From positions 81,032 through 145,031 of the forward strand of contig JAEZQY010000001.1 of NCBI GenBank assembly GCA_023441055.1: a stretch of DNA of 64,000 nucleotides, read 5' to 3'. The stretch is from Bacillota bacterium (GTDB lineage Bacteria > Bacillota > Bacilli > Paenibacillales > UBA4045). A program made the position numbers and the translations under genes. The notes below the pieces were generated by a model. It did no database searches, had not been told where the DNA came from, and saw only the letters and a list, made by a program, of their open reading frames with translations. Of this stretch, positions 27,455 through 36,540 are shown one piece after another (position 1 is the stretch's first letter; every line of letters starts with the position of its first letter).

Positions 27455-29137
27455 ATGGACGATCAGGATTTGCGAATACGCAGTCATGTGATTAGCGAGG
27501 GAACCGGCCGCGCGCCGAATCGAGCCATGCTAAGGGCGGTCGGGTTTACGGATGCAGACTTCCAGAAGCCGATGATTGGCATAGCCAGCACCTGGAGTGA
27601 AGTGACGCCATGCAATATGCATATCGATCAGCTCGCCGTGCATGCCAAGCAAGGAGCTAAAGATAATGGCGGAGCGCCGCTAACCTTCGGTACGATTACG
27701 GTATCAGACGGGATTGCGATGGGGCATGTCGGGATGCGCTACTCGCTCCCGAGTCGGGAGGTAATCGCCGATTCGATCGAGACCGTTGTAAGCGCAGAGC
27801 GATTGGATGGTCTAGTAGCGATTGGCGGCTGCGACAAGAATATGCCAGGCTGTCTAATCGCTATGGGGAGGCTGAACGTCCCTGCTGTATTCGTGTACGG
27901 CGGTACGATTGCGCCGGGTGATCTACACGGACAGGATATCGATATTGTCTCCGCCTTCGAGGCAGTTGGACAATTCAATCAGGGCAGTATCAATTCAGAG
28001 CAATTGTATGACGTCGAGTGCCATGCTTGTCCGGGAGCTGGCTCCTGCGGGGGTATGTATACGGCGAATACGATGGCTTCCGCTATCGAGGCAATGGGAA
28101 TGAGCTTGCCGGGCAGCTCATCGAATCCGGCGGAGACGTCGCTCAAGCAAGAGGATTGCTTCAAGGCCGGACAGGCGGTAGTCGATCTGCTACGCAAGGG
28201 AATCTATCCGCGGGATATCATGACTAGGCTGGCGTTCGAGAATGCGATCACTGTGGTGATGGCGCTGGGCGGGTCGACGAATGCCATCCTGCATCTGCTC
28301 GCCATGGCTCATGCGGTTGATGTTGATCTGACGCTGGACGACTTCGAGACAATCCGCGCTCGTGTGCCGATGCTGGCGGATATGAAGCCGAGCGGCCGCT
28401 ATGTCATGCAGGATCTATATGAGGCAGGCGGTGTCCCGGCTGTTATGAAGCTGCTGCTGGATGAGGGGCTGCTTCATGGTCACTGTATAACTGTTACTGG
28501 CAGGACCGTCGCCGAGAATCTGGCTGATCTTCCCGGATTGGTCGATGGTCAGGAGGTCATCCGACCGATGTCCAATCCGGTGAAGGCATCAGGCCATCTG
28601 GTCGTGCTGAAGGGGAATCTGGCACCGGAGGGCTCCGTTGCCAAGACATCAGGCCTCAAGTCAACGCGATTCATTGGGCCGGCGAGCGTGTTCGATTCCG
28701 AGGAGGAAGCAACCACTGCGCTGCTGGAGGATCGGATTCAGCCAGGTGATGTGATCGTCATCCGCTATGCCGGACCGAAGGGTGGACCAGGTATGTCCGA
28801 GATGCTAGCGATTACAGCGATTGTAATCGGCAAGGGCTTGAACGAGCAGGTTGCGCTGTTAACAGATGGACGCTTCTCAGGTGGGACGCACGGCTTCGTA
28901 GTCGGGCATATTGCCCCTGAAGCTCAAGTCTGTGGACCGATCGCGCTCATCCAGGACGGCGATATCATTACCATCGACAGCGAGACGCGAGAACTCAGCG
29001 TTGACGTATCGGAGGCTGAGCTCGCAGAGCGACGCCAGACCTGGGTCGAACCGCCACTCCGCTATAATCGAGGTGTGCTGTACAAGTACGCGCAGCTCGT
29101 CTCCTCGGCCTCTAAAGGCGCGGTTACTGATTTGTAA
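27455..29137 (+). CDS. ilvD: Dihydroxy-acid dehydratase
   Basis: 560 aa with typical IlvD blocks ([37 protein letters not shown]). Confidence 0.95.
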   Translation: MDDQDLRIRSHVISEGTGRAPNRAMLRAVGFTDADFQKPMIGIASTWSEVTPCNMHIDQLAVHAKQGAKDNGGAPLTFGTITVSDGIAMGHVGMRYSLPSREVIADSIETVVSAERLDGLVAIGGCDKNMPGCLIAMGRLNVPAVFVYGGTIAPGDLHGQDIDIVSAFEAVGQFNQGSINSEQLYDVECHACPGAGSCGGMYTANTMASAIEAMGMSLPGSSSNPAETSLKQEDCFKAGQAVVDLLRKGIYPRDIMTRLAFENAITVVMALGGSTNAILHLLAMAHAVDVDLTLDDFETIRARVPMLADMKPSGRYVMQDLYEAGGVPAVMKLLLDEGLLHGHCITVTGRTVAENLADLPGLVDGQEVIRPMSNPVKASGHLVVLKGNLAPEGSVAKTSGLKSTRFIGPASVFDSEEEATTALLEDRIQPGDVIVIRYAGPKGGPGMSEMLAITAIVIGKGLNEQVALLTDGRFSGGTHGFVVGHIAPEAQVCGPIALIQDGDIITIDSETRELSVDVSEAELAERRQTWVEPPLRYNRGVLYKYAQLVSSASKGAVTDL

Positions 29138-29387
29138 CCGGATTAGATTGTAGAAGCACGATACATGATTCACAGATAATCGCCCGTAGGCTATCCAGGA
29201 TTGGATAAGCAACGGGCGATTCGCCTGTCCAGAGTCGGATAAGCAGCGCGGGCGATTGGCAGAAGAAATTAAAGTATAAGGCACTTAAACTAACGGGCAG
29301 TTATTTGAAACTCACACTCTCACAATAAAGGATAATTATAGAAAAAATGTAGAACTCTCCAGATAACAACTAAAACGGAGGTGTGTA

Positions 29388-30440
29388 ATGTCAGATAATA
29401 TGGGGATTAACATTAATAAAGTACAATTGGATAACTATGTATTTAGCGGTATTGATGCCTCTTTAGTCGGTGCGATTAAATCAGTTGCTGATTATTATCA
29501 ATTTCCATTGACAACATCATGGATATATGGAATGTCAGGGCTTGCTTTCTTGCACGTACTTGATGAAAACTTAATGGAACCCAATGGAGGACCATCTGAA
29601 CCAGAGGTTTTTAATCTTGTACGTAATATTGGTTTAGAAATAGATGGTCTGCATGTTTATGCAGAAGGTGAAGACTTTTCTAACCTGCAAGCTGTAGCAT
29701 GGGAGAAGGCACAACTAGCCATTACCTCAAAGCAACCAGTTTTCGCAAAAAATATTGATATCGGGAGCCAAACATCAGTTATTTATGCTTATGATGAAGT
29801 CGGTTATTATACACGAACATGGCATACTGGATATGAGAACAGTGAAGACGTCATTCCTTGGAACTTACTAGGCTTAAGTCAATGTCCTTGTATCAACTGC
29901 GAAAATTATCGGAATTCAATCAACCAAACGGTTAACTTAGAAAGTGGTTTGATTTCTTTACACTGGGCTAATCCAATCCAACCAGTAGATGAATTGACTG
30001 CTTTTAAAGAAACACTTGAATTTGTTATACGTTTAAACGAAGAAGGAAGCTATGTGTGGGCGGGAAAAACTTATTTGGTGGGTTCGAAAGCTTATGAAAA
30101 ATGGTTAACTGCTTTGGAAAGTGATAGTGTGGATAAATACTTTTTTAGCCTATTCGTCGAGATTTTATATGAAGCAAGAAGCCATGCAATTAAATTTCTG
30201 TCGGAAATAAAAGGGAGGAACTTTGGGATAAGTGAACAATTGATTGATGCCAGTATAAATAAATATAGTGATGTTTCTGCTGAATATAAAATTTTGAGAG
30301 ACATGTATCCATATCAAGAACCACGTGATAGCGAAATAAAGCAAAAAGAACAGTGTATTGCTATCGTAGCGAAGTTGCATCAATTAGAGATGGACTGTTT
30401 AAAATTCATAAAAAAAATCCACAAAAGCATATCACAATAG
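29388..30440 (+). CDS. Hypothetical protein encoded on an AT-rich island (possibly BtrH_N/DUF4872-like; unverified)
   Basis: 350-aa ORF with a GGAGGTG RBS. The DNA is conspicuously AT-rich compared with the flanking genes. I recognise no catalytic motif with confidence. Confidence 0.55.
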   Translation: MSDNMGININKVQLDNYVFSGIDASLVGAIKSVADYYQFPLTTSWIYGMSGLAFLHVLDENLMEPNGGPSEPEVFNLVRNIGLEIDGLHVYAEGEDFSNLQAVAWEKAQLAITSKQPVFAKNIDIGSQTSVIYAYDEVGYYTRTWHTGYENSEDVIPWNLLGLSQCPCINCENYRNSINQTVNLESGLISLHWANPIQPVDELTAFKETLEFVIRLNEEGSYVWAGKTYLVGSKAYEKWLTALESDSVDKYFFSLFVEILYEARSHAIKFLSEIKGRNFGISEQLIDASINKYSDVSAEYKILRDMYPYQEPRDSEIKQKEQCIAIVAKLHQLEMDCLKFIKKIHKSISQ

Positions 30441-30484
30441 CTGAATGGACTAACGGGATACGATACCTCAATGGCATCAGGCTT

Positions 30485-30790
30485 TTGATAGAATGGCTGG
30501 AGCGGATGAATCGGGCGATAGACTATATTGAAGCGAATCTGACCGAGGAGATCGAATTGAACGAGGCGGCCCGCATGGCCTGCTGCTCGTCTTACCAGTT
30601 CCAACGGATGTTTTCGTTTATTACGGACGTGACGTTGGCAGAGTACATTCGGCGGAGACGGTTGACGCTTGCTGCGTTGGAATTGCAACACAGCGGGGCG
30701 GCGAAGGTGATCGTGTGGCGGAGATTTGCCATCGTTCGTCAGCGGGGATTTGCATCTCGTTCATGCGGCATGCAGCTACCGGAAGACTAG
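30485..30790 (+). pseudogene. Truncated AraC/MarA-type regulator remnant
   Basis: The first HTH is intact (..EWLERMNRAIDYIEANLTEEIELNEAARMACCSSYQFQRMFSFITDVTLAEYIRRRRL). After ...LQHSGAAKVI the sequence degenerates and stops. The second HTH and any effector domain are missing. Confidence 0.55.
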
Positions 30791-30988
30791 ACCGGACATG
30801 TTTCCGTACATGCTTTGTGCCTTCAAAGACAATGCCAGAAATACGGACGGGTACACCTCTGGTTCGCGGTTAGTAAGGCTGCCACGTTAAACTATACGGC
30901 AGCCTTCGTTGAATAAACGGGAAACGATAGTAACAATTGCGTTATTACATACGCCAGATGGGATTCATAAGCAGATGCTCCTCGCCGA

Positions 30989-31225
30989 TCAGGCAAGCTT
31001 GCTGATCTGTACTTGAAAGGTGATGGGACCTTGCTCCACATACTCCCAGCTGTATCCGCCCGGATACATGGATTGGAACTGGAAGTGCAGCGGCTTCGGG
31101 TCGTGGTCGTTAATCAGCAGCATCGCCTCACTCGGATTCAGCTTGGCGAAGGTTTCGAAGATGACTTTATGTTTTAGATGGGGCGGGTATTCGGTAGCGT
31201 TCACTGTTGCAGCATATTGACTCAT
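30989..31225 (-). CDS. DUF2249-domain protein (single domain)
   Basis: 78 aa from MSQYAATV. The pattern ...PPHLKHKVIFETFAKLNPSEAMLLINDHDPKPLHFQF...WEY.EQGP..F.V.I is the DUF2249 pattern as I recall it. AAGGAGGAG RBS. Confidence 0.65.
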   Translation of the reverse strand: MSQYAATVNATEYPPHLKHKVIFETFAKLNPSEAMLLINDHDPKPLHFQFQSMYPGGYSWEYVEQGPITFQVQISKLA

Positions 31226-31264
31226 TAGAAACTCCTCCTTGAATGGATGATGATTGTCATCTTG

Positions 31265-31307
31265 AGTGTAGCAATATGCGCTCAGCACCTGTGTGATGCG
31301 AATCACA
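31265..31307 (-). promoter_or_regulatory. Crp/Fnr-type box plus -10 element upstream of the DUF2249 gene
   Basis: A perfect TGTGAtgcgaaTCACA (31292-31307) has its centre 29.5 bp upstream of TACACT (minus strand, 31270-31265). Confidence 0.55.
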
Positions 31308-31397
31308 TTGTATCATGTCGCACACAATAGACTTAACCTCATCAAGTATTAGGGAATTTCCAGCGGCTAGTTTATAATGAATGGAGGAGGTGCAGCG

Positions 31398-32387
31398 ATG
31401 AAATTTATCGATAATCAAGGGATAACCGATCCACGCATCAATCTTGCGATCGAAGAATATGCGCTCAGACATCTGGATCAGGAGGACGATTACCTCTTGT
31501 TCTATGTGAATGAGCCCTCGATTATTATCGGCAAGAATCAGAATACCGTCGAGGAAATTAATCAGGCCTACGTGGAGGAGCACAGCATTCATGTTGTTCG
31601 AAGATTATCGGGTGGAGGCGCCGTCTATCATGATCTGGGCAATCTGAATTTCAGCTTCATTACCAAGGATGACGGACAGTCCTTCCATAATTATAGAAAG
31701 TTCACGGAACCAGTAGTGGAGGCACTGCATAAACTCGGCGTACAAGCGGAGCTTACCGGACGCAACGATATACAGGTAGGAGAGCGTAAAATTTCCGGCA
31801 ATGCGCAATTCGCGACCAAGGGACGGATGTATTCGCATGGCACGTTAATGCTCCAGACGGACCTGGAGGAGGTGACACGCGCTCTCAAGGCGAATAGGGC
31901 GAAAATTGAATCCAAAGGGATTAAGTCGATTCGCAGCCGAGTGGCGAACATCTCTGAGTTTCTGCGTGAACCAATTACCATGGAACAATTTAAGGATCAT
32001 CTATTAGCTTCTATATTCGGTGGCGGCCAGCGTGAGCAATATGTGCTGCAGGAGGACGATTGGCGCAGAATCGAAGAGATCTCAGCTGCTCGCTATCGGA
32101 CCTGGGAATGGAACTTCGGCAAATCACCTGCCTATAATGTGACAATCTCACGCCGGTTCGAAGGGGTAGGCACGCTCGACATCCGGCTGCAGGTGGAGGG
32201 AGGAATGATCGAATTCGTGAGAATCTTCGGTGATTTCTTCGGAACAGCGGATGTGCAAGAACTGGAGGAGCGGCTGGTGGGTGTGCCTTACAGCCGCGCT
32301 GAGATTGAGGAAGCCTTGGGCAAGCTGGATTTGAAGCCTTATTTTGGCAGGTTGGAGAGCGGGTTGTTCTTCGAGTTGTTCACATAG
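31398..32387 (+). CDS. lplJ: Lipoate--protein ligase
   Basis: MKFIDNQGITDPRINLAIEEYAL...RRLSGGGAVYHDLGNLNFSF is typical of the LplA/LplJ family, and a C-terminal accessory domain is present. GGAGGAGG RBS. Confidence 0.9.
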   Translation: MKFIDNQGITDPRINLAIEEYALRHLDQEDDYLLFYVNEPSIIIGKNQNTVEEINQAYVEEHSIHVVRRLSGGGAVYHDLGNLNFSFITKDDGQSFHNYRKFTEPVVEALHKLGVQAELTGRNDIQVGERKISGNAQFATKGRMYSHGTLMLQTDLEEVTRALKANRAKIESKGIKSIRSRVANISEFLREPITMEQFKDHLLASIFGGGQREQYVLQEDDWRRIEEISAARYRTWEWNFGKSPAYNVTISRRFEGVGTLDIRLQVEGGMIEFVRIFGDFFGTADVQELEERLVGVPYSRAEIEEALGKLDLKPYFGRLESGLFFELFT

Positions 32388-32406
32388 GAGCCCGTATAAC
32401 AGGTTA

Positions 32407-33585
32407 TTATTCGGGCTTTGTCTCTCTTCCAAGCACGAGTAGGGTTACAGCGCCAATGAGCAGCACGATTGTGAACAGGCTGAATATAACAGAATAGGTA
32501 TAGGTCTGGGCGAGCAACCATCCGACGAGCAATGGCGCGATCATGCTGCCGACTCTCCCGACCGCTGAGGCAAGACCTGCGCCAGAGGCCCGTACTGCTG
32601 TTGGGTAATTCTCTGGTGTATAGGCATACAGCGCGCCCCATGCACCGAGATTGAAGAAGGAGAGCATGGCGCCGGATAGAAGCATCACAGTGACGGTTGC
32701 GCTGCTGCCGAAGATGAACGCCGCGATGGCTGTCATCGCCATGAATAGGACGAGCGTAGGCTTGCGGCCGATGCGCTCCACCAGATAGGCAGCCGCGAAG
32801 TAGCCGGGTACCTGGGCAAGCGTCATGATGAGGACATATTCGAAGCTCTGGATTATGCTGTAGCCTTTATCCACGAGTACAGAGGGCAGCCACAGGAACA
32901 TGCCATAATAGGAGAAGGTGATGGCGAACCAGACGGTCCACAGGACGATGGTCTGCTGCTTGTACTGGGTGAAGAGCTGGCTCAGCGGGATGCGAGTTGC
33001 GCGTTTCGTGAACTTGGGAGATTCCGGAATGCGCTTGCGGATGAGCAGCGCATAGACGAGCGGCAGGGAGCCGATAATGACGGCGACGCGCCAGCCGAAG
33101 TCTGGAATGACATAATAAGCGATAATCGCCGCTAAGAGCCAGCCTACCGCCCAGAAGCTCTCGAGCAGGACGACGATACGTCCCCGCTTGTGTGCAGGCG
33201 AGAACTCATTGACCAGCGTTGAGGCGACTGGCAGCTCCGCGCCAAGCCCCAGACCCATGATGAAGCGCAGGACCAGCATGACGGCGAGCCCGGTTGCAGC
33301 TGCGCTGGCTAGACTAGCCATGCCGAAGATGATCAGCGTTGCGAGGAAAATCGGCTTGCGGCCGATGCGATCCGCCATATAGCCGCCGATCGACGCGCCC
33401 AGCGCCATGCCTGCCAGATTAACCGTTCCGAGCAGTCCGGTCTGTGTCGTAGTCAGCCCCCATTCGGAAGCTAGCGAGACGACGATGAAGGACAGAAGAC
33501 CAACATCCATCGCGTCGAACATCCAACCGAAACCCGCGGACCAGAATACTCGTCTCTGCACTCGATCTGACGCTTCTATCATCAT
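32407..33585 (-). CDS. MFS transporter
   Basis: 392 aa, 12 helices, with the MFS motif GGYMADRIGRKP and a second-half repeat LVERIGRKP. Confidence 0.8.
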   Translation of the reverse strand: MMIEASDRVQRRVFWSAGFGWMFDAMDVGLLSFIVVSLASEWGLTTTQTGLLGTVNLAGMALGASIGGYMADRIGRKPIFLATLIIFGMASLASAAATGLAVMLVLRFIMGLGLGAELPVASTLVNEFSPAHKRGRIVVLLESFWAVGWLLAAIIAYYVIPDFGWRVAVIIGSLPLVYALLIRKRIPESPKFTKRATRIPLSQLFTQYKQQTIVLWTVWFAITFSYYGMFLWLPSVLVDKGYSIIQSFEYVLIMTLAQVPGYFAAAYLVERIGRKPTLVLFMAMTAIAAFIFGSSATVTVMLLSGAMLSFFNLGAWGALYAYTPENYPTAVRASGAGLASAVGRVGSMIAPLLVGWLLAQTYTYSVIFSLFTIVLLIGAVTLLVLGRETKPE

Positions 33586-33655
33586 ATAATCCCCCTCATT
33601 GGACTAGTTATAGTATCCCACAGACCCGTATGGATTTACACACCTATTCAGACTG

Positions 33656-33684
33656 AAAAGCGACTCCCCAGTCGGAGAGTCGCT
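33656..33684 (-). terminator. Terminator after nirK
   Basis: AGCGACTC / GAGTCGCT stem followed by TTTT on the minus strand. Confidence 0.6.
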
Positions 33685-33699
33685 ATTCCCAGTCACTTA

Positions 33700-34689
33700 T
33701 CAGTGACTCATCGGCTTGGCACCATTGTCCTTGCCATCTTCGGTCACTCTTAGTATCGCCACCGCACCCTTGCTCGCATGGTTGAACTGATGGGTCACAA
33801 TGGCGTAGTCGCCAGCTTCTGTGACAGTGAATTCAACTACCGCGCCGCCGCTTGCTGGCAGCATGACCGTCTGCATTCCCTTCAGCACATTAGCGGGATT
33901 ACCATCCAGGTAGACGTTGTCCATGATCGTGCCCACGACGTGAAGGGAGCTTACTTCATTCGGGCCTACGTTGTTCACATAGAGGCGAACCTTGTCGCCG
34001 ACCTTAGCCAGCAGGGGCTTCTCCTTAAGGCCGAAGTCATTGCCGTTGAATACGACGTAGGAGGGTACACCGTTCAGGAAGTCACTGTAATCCTTCTCCT
34101 TATACCATTCGCTCTGTACGATTACATATTCCTGATCGATCTCAGCGTCAGTAGGATAGCCTTCAGTTGGCTCTACGATAATTACACCATACATCCCGTT
34201 CGCGATATGGGCCAGTACTGGTGCGGTTCCACAGTGGTACATGAATACGCCTGGCATATTGGCGGGATAAGTGAAGGTGCCTTCTTCTTCGGGCATGATA
34301 TCGATGAATTTCTCACTCGGCGATGCATGCACCGCATGGAAGTCCATGGAGTGGGGAACATCGGGATCGAGATTCTTCAGTGTGAAGTTAATGATATCGC
34401 CTTGCTTAACACGCAGTACAGGCCCCGGCACAGTGCCGTTGAATGTCCAGGCGTTATAGAATACGCCCTTGGAGATCTCCACATCAGTTACCTGCGCGGT
34501 CATCTCAATATTGACAATGTTGCCGTTACGCTCGACAATCGGTTCGATGGGCGGCTGGTTGATCTTCGCAGGGGCTGCAGCTTCTGCTGCTGGCGGATTA
34601 GACACAGGTGCTGCTTTGTTAGATCCACACCCGGTTAAAATCAATGCGATGGCGGACAGTAAGATGGCAGTTTTCTTTATGGCTAGCAT
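33700..34689 (-). CDS. nirK: Copper-containing nitrite reductase (NirK), lipoprotein form
   Basis: Lipobox LTGCGS. Type-2/type-1 Cu ligand blocks are present (PHSMDFHAVH; MYHCGTAPVLAHIANGMYG). It has a two-cupredoxin length of about 330 aa. ATG 34689 follows AAAGGTGA. Confidence 0.85.
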   Translation of the reverse strand: MLAIKKTAILLSAIALILTGCGSNKAAPVSNPPAAEAAAPAKINQPPIEPIVERNGNIVNIEMTAQVTDVEISKGVFYNAWTFNGTVPGPVLRVKQGDIINFTLKNLDPDVPHSMDFHAVHASPSEKFIDIMPEEEGTFTYPANMPGVFMYHCGTAPVLAHIANGMYGVIIVEPTEGYPTDAEIDQEYVIVQSEWYKEKDYSDFLNGVPSYVVFNGNDFGLKEKPLLAKVGDKVRLYVNNVGPNEVSSLHVVGTIMDNVYLDGNPANVLKGMQTVMLPASGGAVVEFTVTEAGDYAIVTHQFNHASKGAVAILRVTEDGKDNGAKPMSH

Positions 34690-34798
34690 GAGAATCACCT
34701 TTCCTTCTTATAATTGTGATTTCCTTCTCAACCAGCCGGAAAAAGTTTTGCCTGTCTGTTCGAGCTATCATCCGCTATCGGCTGGTTCTTATGATTCA

Positions 34799-34841
34799 AG
34801 CTTACGTTTTTAAGGAGAAACCAAATGTGATTGAGAACACA
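34799..34841 (-). promoter_or_regulatory. Crp/Fnr-type box plus -10 element upstream of nirK
   Basis: TGTGAttgagaACACA (34826-34841, 9/10 match) has its centre 29.5 bp upstream of TAAGCT (minus strand, 34804-34799). Confidence 0.45.
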
Positions 34842-34876
34842 TCTCAATTAGCTGTCGTTATGTCGCCACAATTGCA

Positions 34877-34918
34877 ATAAAAAATCAGGTAATGTGATGA
34901 TAATCACACTGCCTGATT
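34877..34918 (-). terminator. Terminator of the crp-GNAT unit (its stem contains a perfect TGTGAT-N4-ATCACA palindrome)
   Basis: Minus strand reads AATCAGGcagTGTGATtatcATCACAttaCCTGATTTTTTATT, a long hairpin plus a T-run. Confidence 0.7.
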
Positions 34919-34958
34919 GTAAATATACTTACAGTTATAGGTTATAGAGAGAGCAAGC

Positions 34959-35390
34959 TTATCTCCCAATCGTCTTCTCCATCACGACATGTGGCATATC
35001 CGCTTCCAGGAAGAGATCCGACGTCGTCTGATAGCCCAACTGGGTATAGAAGGACTCCGCGTGTGTCTGGGCATGCAGCTTCAGCTGCGTCATATTGTGC
35101 TGGATCGCGTATTGTTCCATGGCTTCCATTAAGTGTCTCCCGTATCCTCTTCTGCGATGCGGGGCTAAGATACAGAACCGCTCGACCTTGACGAATGGAT
35201 AGATGCTGCGTAATCGGCCTGTTCCGATTGGCAGCTCTCCATCGTAGAGGATGAAGTGGATGGACTCGGCTTCATGCTCATCTACTTCGAGTTCCATTGG
35301 AACCTGTTGCTCCTCCACGAACACTTGCATACGGATGTGAAATGCTGACTTCAGTTGTTCCTCTGTTGATGCAACCTCGATCTTCAGCAT
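34959..35390 (-). CDS. GNAT-family N-acetyltransferase
   Basis: Pattern ILAPHRRRGYGRHLMEAM. Start taken at MLKIEV, which follows GAAAGG. A GTG start at 35426 overlapping the crp stop is the alternative. Confidence 0.65.
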   Translation of the reverse strand: MLKIEVASTEEQLKSAFHIRMQVFVEEQQVPMELEVDEHEAESIHFILYDGELPIGTGRLRSIYPFVKVERFCILAPHRRRGYGRHLMEAMEQYAIQHNMTQLKLHAQTHAESFYTQLGYQTTSDLFLEADMPHVVMEKTIGR

Positions 35391-35422
35391 GTGATCGTCG
35401 ACCTTTCTATTCCATGTCCAAC

Positions 35423-36109
35423 TCACTTCACCAATAGCTCCTTCAGTCGATCAATGTCATATATCACATAACCAGTGCGGTCGGTTTCCAGGATACCATC
35501 CTTGCGCAGCTGGTTGATCAGTCGATTAACCGTCTCGCGAGTTGTGCCGATCGTGCTGGCGAACTCCTGGTTAGTCATTGGAACATTGATATGGATCGCG
35601 CCGTCTCTGGATGTACCGTACTTCTCCGCTAGGGTCAGGAGGAAGGAGAGGCCGCGGTCCTGCACGTCATTACCTGTCAACTCCTGCAGCTTGCGCTGCA
35701 GCTCTTCGATCTTCGTACTGAGTCCTCGCATCACCTTGATTGATATTTCGGGAATACGAATCAGAAGCTGCTCGAATGAACGAATGGGAATAGCCAGCAG
35801 CTTGGTATCGACGATGGCCTCTGTTGTTGCAGGGTAGGGATGTTGATTGAACAATCCCGTATGCGGGAACATCTCGCCGGATTTCAGGAAGGAGACAATA
35901 TGCTCATTGCCATTCTCATCAGTCTTGAATGCCTTGACCAGACCGTCCTGTATGAAGTATACCGCTTCCTTATCATCGCCTTCGATGAAGATAATCGTCC
36001 GCTTGCGGTAAGAACGTTGAATGGTAATGGTGTGGATCTGCTCCAATTCTTCATCGGTAAGGTCACGGAACAATGGAACCTTGCGTAGAATCTCCAATTC
36101 ATGCTTCAT
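35423..36109 (-). CDS. Crp/Fnr-family transcriptional regulator (cysteine-free)
   Basis: cNMP-binding-type beta-roll (LRKVPLFRDLTDEEL...) plus a C-terminal HTH with recognition helix TRETVNRLINQL. The 228-aa translation contains no Cys. Confidence 0.85.
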   Translation of the reverse strand: MKHELEILRKVPLFRDLTDEELEQIHTITIQRSYRKRTIIFIEGDDKEAVYFIQDGLVKAFKTDENGNEHIVSFLKSGEMFPHTGLFNQHPYPATTEAIVDTKLLAIPIRSFEQLLIRIPEISIKVMRGLSTKIEELQRKLQELTGNDVQDRGLSFLLTLAEKYGTSRDGAIHINVPMTNQEFASTIGTTRETVNRLINQLRKDGILETDRTGYVIYDIDRLKELLVK

Positions 36110-36156
36110 CCTCTGCGAATTCCCCTTTCATCACATAACGGGAAAAATGATAAAGA

Positions 36157-36189
36157 CCCCTTCAATAAAGTATAACCTTTTTTGAAGGG
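36157..36189 (-). terminator. Terminator after the DUF59 gene
   Basis: CCCCTTCAA / TTGAAGGGG stem. On the minus strand it is followed by a T-rich tract. Confidence 0.65.
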
Positions 36190-36204
36190 GGTTGGAATCC
36201 ATTT

Positions 36205-36513
36205 CTAGAAAAACGATAGCTGCTCCTTAGCCGCATCAGACATCTTCTCAGGTGTCCATGGCGGGCTCCAGACGACGTTCACATGCACAGCGTTTACCGC
36301 TGGCAGTCCCAGCAAGGCTCGCTCCACGCCGCCAGCTATTGTATCATGCATCGGGCAGCCTGGCGTAGTCAGTGTCATCGTGACGGTAACAATGCCGTCG
36401 TTATCTTGTTCGATGGCATAGATAAGTCCCAGATCAACAATATTCACGCCAAGCTCGGGGTCATAGACCAATCGCAGCTGGTCCATAATCAATTCCTGAT
36501 CAGTTAACATCAT
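36205..36513 (-). CDS. DUF59 / SufT-like metal-sulfur cluster assembly factor
   Basis: VYDPELGVNIVDLGLIY...TLTTPGCPMHD is the DUF59 signature. ATG 36513 follows GAGAGGAGTGG. Confidence 0.8.
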   Translation of the reverse strand: MMLTDQELIMDQLRLVYDPELGVNIVDLGLIYAIEQDNDGIVTVTMTLTTPGCPMHDTIAGGVERALLGLPAVNAVHVNVVWSPPWTPEKMSDAAKEQLSFF

Positions 36514-36540
36514 TTCCACTCCTCTCAGAATCGTAATAGA

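Noticed and set aside
30353-30505. The 145-aa track ORF 30353-30790 taken as one intact gene.
   Set aside because: Its first 44-50 codons are an out-of-frame read-through of the 3' end of the AT-rich 350-aa gene. The AraC-like sequence only starts around 30485-30506, so the real unit is a truncated regulator remnant.
31292-31307. The Crp/Fnr-type box between the DUF2249 gene and lplJ considered as a regulator site for lplJ.
   Set aside because: The box centre is about 86 bp upstream of the likely lplJ start site (TATAAT at 31373-31378). It sits exactly 29.5 bp upstream of a -10-like hexamer facing the DUF2249 gene, so I assign it to that gene.
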